Origin: Octopus vulgaris
Lineage: Eukaryota
Length of the DNA: 64,000 nt
Assembly: GCA_951406725.2 (NCBI GenBank)
Contig: OX597836.1
Span: 3,410,001-3,474,000 of the forward strand
Direction: 5' to 3'
Position numbers and translations under genes: made by a program. Shown in pieces: positions 28,662 to 40,602 of this stretch (positions are counted from its first letter, which is position 1; every line of letters starts with the position of its first letter). The notes beneath the pieces were generated by a model. That model saw only the letters and a program-made list of their open reading frames with translations, did not search any database and had not been told where the DNA came from.

Positions 28662-29063
28662 ATATTCTTTTCTACTCTAGGCACAAGACCAGAAATTTTG
28701 GGGGAGGGGCCCAGTCGATTAGGTCGACACCAGTACGCAACTGGTACTTAATTTATCGACCCTGGAAAGGATGAAAGACAATGTCGAATTCGGCGGAATT
28801 TGAACTCAGAACATAAAGGCAGATAAAATACCTATTTCTTTACTACCCACAAGGGGCTAAACACAAAACACAAAGAGAACAAACAAGGACAGACAAACGG
28901 ATTATATCGACCCCAGTGCGTAACTGGTACTTATTTAATCGACCCCGAAAGGATGAAAGGCAAAGTCGACCTCGGCGGAATTTGAACTCACAACGTAACG
29001 GCAGACGAAATACCGCTAAGCTTTTCGCCCGGCGTGCTAACGTTTCTGCCAACTCGCCGCCTT
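28662..29063 (-). mobile_element. SINE family C dimer (two cores, two different tails)
   Basis: Core AACTGGTACTTA...TCGACC...AAAGGATGAAAG repeats at about 28739 and 28922. Confidence 0.9.
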
Positions 29064-29412
29064 AATACCATTGATATATTACCAATAAGGATAGACACAC
29101 GCACGTCCTAGAAAATAGCAATATTCTGATCGCTAGATATTGGTTTCAAATATTAGCAAATGGTTTCAGTGCGTCGGACAAAATGCTTAACTTCATTTCT
29201 TCTAAATCTTTACGTTCTAATTTCAGATTCTGATGACGTCAACTCTGTTGTTTATCCTTCTTTTCAGATTCGATGTAATAAGCACCAGCTGGGGAAGGGG
29301 GTGATGGTGATCGAGATGGCAGTGATGATATTGGAAGGGGTGCAGTTGATCCTTGTGGTGGTGGCGTTGGTGATGGGGATGGTGTTTTCGAGTAATCATT
29401 CTTAGAACAGTC

Positions 29413-29605
29413 TAAGGCGCGAGAATGCAGAATCGTTAGCACGCCGGGCAAAATGCTTTGCGACATTCCGCTCGTCTTCACGTTTTGAATTCAAATTTTA
29501 CCGAGGTCAGCATTGCCTTTCATTCTTTCGGGGGTCGATAAAATAACTACAAGTCGAGCACCTATCCCCTCCAAAGAATTTGCTGACCTTGTGCCAAAAT
29601 TTTCT
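29413..29605 (+). mobile_element. SINE family C; a more degraded copy lies at about 29155-29295
   Basis: GCAGAATCGTTAGCACGCCGGGCAAAATGC...GCCTTTCATTCTTTCGGGGGTCGATAAA. Confidence 0.85.
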
Positions 29606-29917
29606 ATCATTATTAGAGCAGAGGGAATTAATTCGCTTAGTCTTATTTCATTATGGTTCTCTACGTCTCGATTTCGAACTCCACCAAGGGCAAATTTACC
29701 TTCCAAGATTCTTGGAAATTCACAAGGGATCCGTGGTGTATGTTCTTATATATATATATATATATATGCATATACATGTGTATACATATTTATACGTGTA
29801 TGTGTGCATGCTTATTCATATATGCGTACATACACGGATGCTCACGCACGCACACGAACAAACACACACACACACGAACAAACGCACACACACACGCACA
29901 CAAATATATTCATTTAT

Positions 29918-30113
29918 TCTTTTACTTGCTTTAGTCACATGCCAGCGGCCATTCTGGAATACCGTCTTTAGTCAAACACATCAACCGCAGGATTTATTCT
30001 TTGTAAGCCTAGTACTTATTCTATCGGTCTCTTTTGCCGAACCGCTAACAACATCGGCAGTTAAGGAACGAGGAGGAGACAAACAGACACACAAATGTAT
30101 ACATATACACATA

Positions 30114-30176
<63 letters not shown>

Positions 30177-30332
30177 GCGAGGGTCTTCTTTCAGTTTCCG
30201 TCTACCAAATCGAATCACAAGGCTTTGGTCGGCCCGAGGCAATAGTAGAAGACACCTACCCAACGTGCCATGCAGCTGGACTGAACCCAGAACCGTGTGA
30301 TTAGAAAGCAAGCTCCTTACCACACAACCATG
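29918..30332 (-). mobile_element. SINE family A, full length with internal (TA)n
   Basis: Homologous to 38726-39174. Confidence 0.9.
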
Positions 30333-30695
30333 AATGTATGTGTGTGTGTATGAATATATAAATAGTTACAGAGAGAGAGAGAGAGAGAGGTAGGTATATA
30401 AATATACGTACGCACACACGTGTGTATTGTTCGAATTGTGTGCGCTTTTGTCTATGTGAAAATGTGAACAGATAAAACGGATGAGGCGCCAAACGGCTCC
30501 ACCTACATCTACATGCAACAATAATTTATATAGGAATCCACGTTTGTGGGGGGCGTGGTGTGGTGGGGGTGTATGTATGTTGTTTCAATCTGCGGTCAAA
30601 ATCTGACATCCTCCATATAATATATTCATTATACACACATCCTCCCACGCACATCCATATGTGCATCCACACACACACACACATACATGTATGTA

Positions 30696-30769
<74 letters not shown>

Positions 30770-30845
30770 AATTTATACATATATGTATGTGCGTGTGAAT
30801 ATATATATATGTATATATGCAAATATATACGTATATGTTTGTATG

Positions 30846-30902
<57 letters not shown>

Positions 30903-31016
30903 GTGTGTATGTACGTATGTATATATGCAAATATATACATATATGTATATATATATATATATATAAATATGTGTATGTACGTATTATATATGCAAATATA
31001 TACATATATATATATA

Positions 31017-31047
<31 letters not shown>

Positions 31048-31322
31048 GTACGTATGTATGTATACATATATATATGTGTGTGTGTATGGATAGATACATC
31101 GTCGCCGTTGTCGTCGTCCAGTGTCAAGTTCCCATCTTCCTGATCGTGGAATTTTAAGTCGTTAATTCTTATTCACGTATCTAATTTTCTCCAAAGCTTT
31201 TAATGGTAATTTATGTGACATTATTCGATACGCATGCGCACAAACACTCTGCGCACAAATAACTCACATATACGAACACATTTTCACTAAAAAAAAAACA
31301 CCTACATAAACGCACGCAAAAA

Positions 31323-31353
<31 letters not shown>

Positions 31354-31415
31354 TCATACACATATGTATGTATGTGTTTATGTGTATATATGCACACATA
31401 TATATATATATATGT

Positions 31416-31642
31416 GTGTGCATGTGTATATATGTACATATGTACATATATACATATGTATGTGTGTGCATAAAAACGTATACACATACATACATATATA
31501 TAAGAAATATACATGTTTATGTATATATATATATATGTATGTGTGCATGTGTATATATGTACATATGTACATATATACATATGTATGTGTGTGCATAAAA
31601 ACGTATACACATACATACATATATATAAGAAATATACATGTT
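31416..31642. repeat. Tandem duplication of about 125 bp within TA-rich sequence
   Basis: GTGCATAAAAACGTATACACATACATAC...TAAGAAATATACATGTT occurs twice. Confidence 0.9.
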
Positions 31643-31702
31643 ATTAAGGCGTTGCTCCAGCATGGCTGAAGTCAAATGACTGAAGCAAATAAAAGAATAT
31701 AT

Positions 31703-31908
31703 CAATTTCAAATTTTTGCACAAGGCCAGCAATTTCGATTTGGGGTTAAGTCGATTGCCTCGACCCTAGTGTTCAACTGGTACTTATTTTATCGACCAGG
31801 AAAGGATGAAATTCTAAGTTTACCACAGCAGAATTTGAACTCAGAACGTAAGGACGAACTAAACACCTCTAAGCATTTTGTTCGGTGTGCTAACGGTCCT
31901 GCCAGCTC
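31703..31908 (-). mobile_element. SINE family C, tail-to-tail with a SINE A tail fragment (+, about 31646-31699)
   Basis: AACTGGTACTTATTTTATCGACC...AAAGGATGAA...GAATTTGAACTCAGAACGTAA. Confidence 0.85.
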
Positions 31909-32051
31909 AGCGTCTTCGTTATATACATAACATTAGTTATGTATGCACTTGTGCAGATATATGCATATATAAACTCATACACACACACACGCACATACAT
32001 ATAAAATAGATACATGTATTTACATTTATAAATGTGTACACATGCATACAC

Positions 32052-32107
<56 letters not shown>

Positions 32108-32279
32108 AAGTTATAAGAGGTAATGGTGTCATTAAGACCCAAAGGTGTCAGGTAATGTTGAATAAGTGCTATAGACAGACAATAGTTGAGTTACGGGTTC
32201 GGTGATTATGCGAATAAGGGGTTCATCGTTGGTCATATGTTAGCGTGTGTATATAAAAAATTCTAAGAACTTCTATCTA

Positions 32280-32711
32280 TGTTTTAAAAAAAGATGGGTA
32301 AATGTAGCAAGGATGGCACGTATGAATGACGAAGCCACCTTGACCATGATCCTATGAACCGTAAAAATTAATACAGAGAGTTGCTTATTTGTAAAAAAAT
32401 ATAACGTGACTTCATTGATCGAGGTTACCGTGGTCTTTTCCATAGGCTTTTCTTTCCACGGGTAAACCTCACCTGTCCTCCCCTTTACACTTTATATTGA
32501 CATTTCTGTGATAACGATCCCTATTGATCGAATTTTTTCTTTTACCTTTTATTTTTATCTCCCCCCAACCTTTTTTTTGCTTTCCTCTTTCTTCCTTTTA
32601 CGATCCCTTTTGATCGAAAACCAAACCTCCTTCTTTTATCCCCAAAAAGAAAAGCTCTACCTTGTAATTTGTCCCGTCTGTGTGCAGCCCTGTGTGGCTA
32701 ATAAAGAAACA
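32280..32711 (+). mobile_element. Extreme 3' end of a Tx1/L1-clade LINE (last codons plus complete 3' UTR)
   Basis: CFKKRWVNVARMARMNDEATLTMIL* (stop 32355-32357) is homologous to KFVESWVNVASMARVNGCTLNFRL* ending at 14444. UTR hairpin at 32421-32470; ends AATAAAGAAA; possible TSD TATCTAT. Confidence 0.8.
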
Positions 32712-32774
32712 TATCTATAGATGTTCTAAAACCTACACAGCGGTGGGGATTTTTATCTCATTATGAAAAATTCT

Positions 32775-32829
<55 letters not shown>

Positions 32830-32950
32830 GCTTGTATTTTTGATTCTGCTTTTATCATTTTTAAATTGTTATACTAAATAATAACAGAGTCAATAGCATT
32901 TTCGCAAATTATTTTTTCGTGAATTATTTGCTCCGTATTGATATATAAAC

Positions 32951-33302
32951 ACACCGATGTTGGTGTGTTTACGTCCTCGTAATTAAGCGGTTCGGTAAAA
33001 GATTCCGATTGAATAAGTACTAGGGTTACAAAGAATAAGTCCTGGGATCGATTTGTGCGACCAAAGGAGGTGCTGCAGCATGGCCGCAGTCAAATTACTG
33101 AAGCATGTGAAAGAAATAAAAGAATAATATCTATAATTGGGACGGGCTTCTTTCAGTTTCCGTCTACCAAATCCACTCACACGAGTCTGATCGGTCCGAG
33201 GCCATAGCAGAAGACACTTGTCCAGGGTACCATGCGGTGGGACTGAACCCGGAACCATGTGACTGGACAGCAAGTTTCTTACCACACAGCCACGCCTGCG
33301 CC
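32951..33302. mobile_element. SINE family A with halves in opposite orientation
   Basis: 3' half on + at 32951-33127; 5' half on - at 33141-33302. Confidence 0.88.
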
Positions 33303-33832
33303 GATATATGTATGTGTATCTGCATGAGCATGTGCTTATATGCACGTATACATGTATGCATATATGTGTGTGTGTGTGTGTGTTGCATGTGCAGAAGCAT
33401 GCGTGTGTGTGCATGTGTGTGCGTATGTGTAGCGAAAGAGTAAGTGATGTATATACAGAAGTATGTGTGTGAGTGTGGCTGTTAGTTTGTAAGCGTAGCT
33501 GTGTAAGTGCAAGCGGGTGCATGACTTTTACAAGTTAGTATACATCCTTATTTAGAAACAGTGTATATACCCGGGGTGTATACTGCGATTTTAATAAGAT
33601 TATAGATTCTAATAATTGAAGACAAGGAGAGCAGGTGCAAAAGGTGCGTGCGCGCGAATGTGTGGTGCGTATGTAGGTGGGTGTGAGTCATGTAAGAGCA
33701 AGAGTGCGTGTACGTATGCGTACGTATGTGTGTATAATGATGTATGTGCAAATATACAGAAATAAGATCTGTGTGTATGTGTAATTATGTTTCAGTGCGT
33801 GTGTATAATACGCACACACATACCTGTATATA

Positions 33833-33876
<44 letters not shown>

Positions 33877-33877
33877 C

Positions 33878-33921
<44 letters not shown>

Positions 33922-33993
33922 ATGTGCGTGCGCGTGGGAGTGTGTGTATTCTTCTGCTTGTATCTGCATATGTATGTACGCTTATATGTATGC

Positions 33994-34029
<36 letters not shown>

Positions 34030-34051
34030 GTATATGTATCAATATACGTAA

Positions 34052-34088
<37 letters not shown>

Positions 34089-34126
34089 TATATGTAAATG
34101 TATATGTATCAATATATGCATGTATG

Positions 34127-34200
<74 letters not shown>

Positions 34201-34332
34201 TATGTATGTATGTATACATATATATATATGTGTTTATATATGTATGGCTTTATATAAATATATATATATATGTATGTATGTATGTATGTGTGTGCATGTA
34301 TGCATATATGTATATATTCATTTAGGTGTATG

Positions 34333-34365
<33 letters not shown>

Positions 34366-34811
34366 ATACGTGTATGTATATGTATGTATGTGTGTATGTA
34401 TGTATGTATGCATTAAATATTACATTTCGTATCATCACACTACGGCTGAGATTTTAGCTCCTCTTTAATCTAATTAAGTTAATTAAATTAAAGGATGAAA
34501 ACCACCAAAACGAGTTTCAAAACTTTTAAATTGTTTTAATTATACCAAAGTTACATGTCAACATTTATCTATTTACGCGTTATATACACTTGCACTTATT
34601 GATGCGATGGCTTATCCTATATGTGTACGTATGCGTATATATATACGTGTGTGAGTGTGTGTGTGTGTATGATATACATGCATATAAGCATATATATACA
34701 TATATATACATATATATACATATATACACACATACATATATACGTGTGTATATATGTATGTTTATATATGTGTGTATATATATACATTTATATATATATA
34801 TATATACATAT

Positions 34812-34844
<33 letters not shown>

Positions 34845-34847
34845 CAT

Positions 34848-34878
<31 letters not shown>

Positions 34879-35001
34879 AACAAAGATGTATTTACATGTA
34901 ATAGCGTATAATTGTGTCCGTATGTGTTTGCGTATGCCCTAATATATGCACTTCTGTGTGCCTATGTGTACTTATATGTGTGCAGGTGTGTATAATTCAT
35001 T

Positions 35002-35040
<39 letters not shown>

Positions 35041-35329
35041 ATGTAATATGCATATACATATATATCTACGTATAATATACATATATTTGTATGTACTCAT
35101 GTATGTACATATCTGTCTGTCTGTTTGTCTGTATGGAGCTAGGTAGGTAGGTAGGTAGATTAGTAGGGATAGAGGGAGGGAAGGAGGGAGGGAGGTATAC
35201 GTGTAAGCCTTTCTGTGTATTCATGTGTAGTATGGTATTGCGCAACGAATATCATTGTTGACTGGCTTAATGCAAGACAGACACAGACATACACACACAC
35301 ATGCACACAGAAATAGATAGATACACAGA

Positions 35330-35430
<101 letters not shown>

Positions 35431-35674
35431 GGCAATTATATGCTACGATTCCGTATTGCTACTGTTTATATCTTGCCCACAGATTTAATATAGCATGTTT
35501 CTCCTTTTCGAGATCAGCCACAGTTTGTCGCTGGAAAAAGCATACAGGATTCTGCGAGTGGAATGACTTTTCATCACTAGCTGAGGACTAACACACGCTG
35601 AGAACAGGTAACCACCCAGAAAATCGAGTCTATGTTTAACATGTAAGGTTATTCCAACCTCTAACTTTACTAAC

Positions 35675-35743
<69 letters not shown>

Positions 35744-35749
<6 letters not shown>

Positions 35750-36482
35750 TATTAGAGAGTTATCCACTATGTGGATAACTCTAGTGCTAAAATAGCTCCG
35801 AAGCAACCACAGAAGAACAGTTTCCAACTAGAATCAACATACATTTGACGGAGTGAAAGTGAAATACAACGAATAAAATAGATTGACTCTATACAATTGT
35901 TTCATTACTAATGTAATATGTAGTTTTACTTACACTCACATCTATAAATCTTCGGTATTAAATTTATATCGATTTTTCACCCTCATTTATAATTTTATAA
36001 ATTTAACTACGCGGCAGTCAATATTTTATTTGATGCGGCATACGTTTCCAATGGAGTCTAGGCATGTTTTTGGCGCGGAATTTGAGACATAACTAAAAAT
36101 GTAATTGGTTGGACCGCTCGTGTTTTTGACGCTCGAATCGATCTAATTAATTGCATTTCTGACAAACTCTACCGAAGATTTATAGATGTGAGTGTAAGTA
36201 AAACTACATATTACATTAGTAATGAAACAATTGTATAGAGTGAATCTATTTTATTCGTTGTATTTCACTTTCCCTCCGTCAAATGTATGTTGATTCTAGT
36301 TGGAAACTGTTCTTCTGTGGTTGCTTCGGAGCTATTTTTAGCACTAGAGTTATCCACATAGTGGATAACTCTCTAATAATTTATGTATAAATTTGTATTT
36401 TCTCCGTAGTTTTTTGTGCTAAGCCACTTGGTGTTAAATTAATGGTATTATTAAATTTATATCGATTTTTCACCCTCATTTA

Positions 36483-36487
<5 letters not shown>
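35744..36487. mobile_element. Unclassified insertion with 215-bp inverted arms and a 39-bp direct repeat, inside (TA)n
   Basis: Arms 35744-35957 and 36170-36384 (about three differences seen); direct repeat 35956-35994 and 36449-36487. Confidence 0.75.
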
Positions 36488-36525
<38 letters not shown>

Positions 36526-36527
<2 letters not shown>

Positions 36528-36675
36528 GACGAGCAACTTTCAATTTCCGTCTACCAAATCCACTTGGTTGGCCGGGAGATTACATTAGGAGACGCCCAAC
36601 GTGTCATGCAGTGGGGGTGAACCGAGAACCATCTATCTGGAAGCAAGCTTCTAACCACGGAGCTACGCCAGCGCC
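36526..36675 (-). mobile_element. SINE family A 5' half, diverged
   Basis: TTTCCGTCTACCAAATCCACT...AAGCAAGCTTCTAACCAC. Confidence 0.82.
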
Positions 36676-37079
36676 TATGTCTAAGAAGAAAGGCTAACTC
36701 TTCGAAAAGTGATGGCATCCATTTACTTTCGAGATACTGGTGTGTGTGTGTGTGTATATATATATATGTGTGTGTATGCGTGAGTGAGAGTAGATATATA
36801 ATGAATAGTAAAAAAAATATGGGGATGATAGATAAAATACTAAAGGAATGAGCAAGCGTAGAAAAAGTTACGTAACGATTTGTCACAATAATCTGACGAC
36901 GTTGGTGGAACGGAAGAACCGTTGTTGCAGGATTAGTTACAATGAATGTCGTATCGAGTATGTGGTGGAGCATCTAAGCAAGACACAGACATCAAATACG
37001 TATTGATACATTCACATACACGAATACACACTCATATATATGCGGGTGTATGTATATATGTATATATATATATATATGC

Positions 37080-37124
<45 letters not shown>

Positions 37125-37140
37125 CATACATACATATATA

Positions 37141-37528
37141 TCTCTCTATATATAAACGGCAGTTTGTCTGTGCGTGTTTCTGTGTGTCTGTTTTCTCGTA
37201 CCCTCACCCTGACCACGGTTTTCAACCGATTCTGATGAAACTTGACACACACATAGCCCAATGTCATAATTCAAAACTAACGCAGCGAAAATTTTGAAAA
37301 GTTAACCCCAGTTCTAAAAAAAATCGATAAATTCGACATGGGGTCGAGAATCAAAAAAAACAAACCACAGACTGTCTAGGGGACGCAACTCAACCTTTTT
37401 TTACTCTCAAAAAAAAATTTACCATAATTTTTTTTCCATTTTTTTGCTATTTTTTGGCTATAACTCTCTAAAAATGCTTTATAGTTATTTCCCTTACAAA
37501 CCTGAGCAACGCCGGGCGATACTGCTAG
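37141..37528 (+). mobile_element. Non-autonomous Helitron
   Basis: 5' TC start (TCTCTCTATATATAAA), 3' GC-rich hairpin CCTGAGCAACGCCGGG followed by CTAG, inserted between A and T with no TSD. Confidence 0.85.
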
Positions 37529-38181
37529 TATATAATATAAATATATATATATATTTATATTTACATATATACAGATATACATATATTTATATGTGTATCT
37601 ATATATATGTAGACATACACACACATATATACATATATACAAACACATATGTATATGTATACATATATTCATATATATATATATATACATATGTATGTAT
37701 GAATGTATGTATGTATGTATGTATATTGAGATGGTGACAAGAGAGAAGTCTTGTCTCTGTTGTTGAATGATAATTTGAAATCGAGATGTCAGCTTATTTG
37801 CACAGTTGCAGTATATGTTATATGCAGAGCAAAGACGCAAAGCCTCTGAAGGAGCCAAGTAATTCTAAAGTAATCATTCATGAAAGAGGGAACGACTGCG
37901 CAAAACCCAAACGTAGCAAGGGGTGCAAACATTGCATCAGTTTATTATAGGATAAATTTCCAACAATATATTTCAATCTAGCTTCTTTGTACAGTAACAA
38001 AGAGCGGATGAACATGCTCACGTGAAACTATGGCCATCAAGGGACTAAAAGTAGATAGGTGAGTGAAAGATGTAAGTCGAATCTAAACGGTACTGAAAGT
38101 TGTAGACTGTGTAATGCCGAAAACAATGCGATACTTCTGAACATTAACTTCATAATGTGTTGGTGTAATTCAGGCAACATG

Positions 38182-38724
38182 GTTGGAGTTTAGTAAGATA
38201 ATAGGGTAATGCCGTTTACATGATAGGTAGGGGTGGGAGATGAGAAGAAATGACATAAAATAAAATAAAATAAAATAAAACAGGATAAGATACAATAGAG
38301 TGGTGAAAGGAAAGAAAACGAAATAAAGTGAAACAATGATAAGTACAATAGAGGCAGTAGAGTACAAAGAAGTTTAATTTTTGTTATGGGTTGGTGGATA
38401 TAAAATTGTTTTATGTACATCTATATATCTACCAACCTTTATATATCCCTAAACTTTCAAAATTTTCCAAAAAATTTTAAAACATTTATATTCACGAACC
38501 TTTAAAACTTTTATATCGTAATCTTTAAAAACATTTTTTTATATCTTCCAATCTATTACATAAAATTAAACCTCTTTCTGCTCTACCAACTTTTATTGTA
38601 TCATATAATGTCTCCTTTAATTCTATTTCATCCCATTTTATTTTATTTTATCCTCTTTTGTTCTTATTTCGTCTCATCTCCTTCGCTACCTATCCTATTA
38701 ACGGCATTAACTTGTTATCTTAAT
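38182..38724. repeat. Old diverged long inverted repeat (foldback/MITE-like)
   Basis: Left TAAGATAATAGGGTAATGCCGTTTACATGATAGGTAG versus reverse complement of right TAAGATAACAAGTTAATGCCGTTAATAGGATAGGTAG; inner parts also pair (about 38345-38413 with 38525-38600). Confidence 0.78.
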
Positions 38725-38725
38725 C

Positions 38726-38933
38726 TTTTACTCTTTTACTTGTTTCAGTCATTTGACTGCGGCCATGCTGGGGCACCGCCTTTTATTCGAGCAAATCGAC
38801 CCCAGGATTTACTCTTTGTAAGTCTATTACTTATTCTATTGGTCTCTTTTGCCGAACCACTAAGTTACGGGGACGTAAACACACCAGCATCTTGTTGTCA
38901 AGCGATGTTGGGGAAACAAACACAGACACACAA

Positions 38934-39004
<71 letters not shown>

Positions 39005-39174
39005 TATACATATATACGACGGGCTTCTTTCAGTTTCCGTCTACCAAATCCACTCACAAGGCATTGGTCGGCCCGAGGCTATATTAGAAGACACTTGCCC
39101 AAGGTGCCACGCAGTGGGGCTGAACCCGGAACCATGTGGTTGGTAAGCAAGCTACTTTCCACGCAGCCACTCCT
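38726..39174 (-). mobile_element. SINE family A, best full-length copy
   Basis: Minus strand: GGAGTGGCTGCGTGG (A box), GGGTTCAGCCCC (B box), CACCTTGGGCAAGT (CORE-like), (TA)n, 3' half ending CAGCATGGCCGCAGTCAAATGACTGAAACAAGTAAAAGAGTAAAAG. Confidence 0.93.
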
Positions 39175-39480
39175 ATCAACTTTTATCTCTATTTCACCAT
39201 TCAACAAACGAAAATTCACGTCACAAAATTCTTCCGTATTCCATATAAAAATGATGGTTTGCTTCAGTTGTATATCTTTCTTGTCACACGTTTTTAAAGT
39301 CACTTGTGTATAGAGAGTTATATGTTTTTTAATATAAATCATTCCAATTAACTTGTGCAAGCCTAAACGAAAAGAATCACTCCCAATACTTTATATCTTA
39401 TCAAGTGCTAATTATGTCCCAATTAAACTTTTCCAAAACATGAGGCAGAAACTCTGTGAATGTTACAAATTATTTTGCAC

Positions 39481-39648
39481 CGCAGGCGTAGCTGTGTGGT
39501 AAGGCGCTTGCTTCCCGGCCACATCGTTCCGGGTTCAGTCTCACTGTGTGGCACATTGAGCAACTATCTTTTACTACAACCTCGGGCCGACGAAATCCTG
39601 GACAGACGAAAACTGAAAGAAGCCCGTCGTATATATATATATATATAT
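39481..39648 (+). mobile_element. SINE family A 5' half
   Basis: GGCGTAGCTGTGTGGTAAG...GGGTTCAGTC...AAACTGAAAGAAGCCCGTCGTATATA. Confidence 0.88.
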
Positions 39649-39955
39649 TTGTATTCTTATTCGTGCTATCATTATTGTTTTTACGTATTTTTGTATATTA
39701 TTCGTGTAACATCGTCCGTTTTCCGTCCTTGTTTTGTATACATTCGAGGCTTTCTTCCAAGGAATCGAATGCGCTTGGCTTAGATTTTCCTTTGGGGCTG
39801 CCCAGGTCGGAGCAATCTCAAGATTAATCAGCCGAAATTGCGAAGATAATCCGGTTCTTGACTGAAGATTGAAGGCTTCGAATGTCCCGTCCGTGTTTTT
39901 TGTGTCGTCTTCTAAATGTTTTGCGTTCTTGTCCCACTTTGTGTATTTTTTTTTA

Positions 39956-39993
<38 letters not shown>

Positions 39994-40023
39994 CTATATA
40001 TATACATACTAGCAGAGATACCC

Positions 40024-40447
40024 AAAAATGGCATTTGAAGAGCTGATCGCATACACAGCAGCAATGTCTCATTTCAGCATTGACTCCATTTCCTGCTCGT
40101 CTTTTGTGAACGTTCAAGTCCTTCTTCAATCCTCCACGTGACCTGCAGCTATTTTTACAAACATTGCATTGGAACGGGTCATCTGGAATGAAATTCCAAT
40201 ATTTCATATACGCCTTACCCAAATTGACACTCTGGTGCGATCTCACACCCGTGTGATTTGCATACCTTCGCGCATATAAACATTTAAAGAAGAAACGACT
40301 ATCGCGCACAAACCAGTTGATATTAATCTCATATTTATTAATTTTTGTTTCCATTTCCGCATGCTTAAATCTGTCAAGCTTAATATCTTTAAACACATCT
40401 CTAAATCCTAACACTCCACGCTTCCTTATCTGCCGTAAGTGGTTCAA
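40024..40447 (-). pseudogene. Degraded fragment with C2H2-like zinc fingers, probably an RTE-type LINE C-terminus
   Basis: FQCNVCKNSCRSRGGLKKDLNVH and CCVCDQLFK; an upstream alternate frame gives LTADKEAW, like the RTE post-RT motif. Confidence 0.5.
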
Positions 40448-40519
40448 GATTTCTGTTACATTATTTCAGACATTTTGGTTTTGATTTTAAAATGTTTTTC
40501 TGTGATTCGGCTCACAATA

Positions 40520-40602
<83 letters not shown>

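Noticed and set aside
32501-32540. Hammerhead-like CTGTGA...GATC-loop-GATCGAA
   Set aside because: The core is incomplete and the site lies in the 3' UTR of the Tx1-like LINE; better read as a UTR hairpin.
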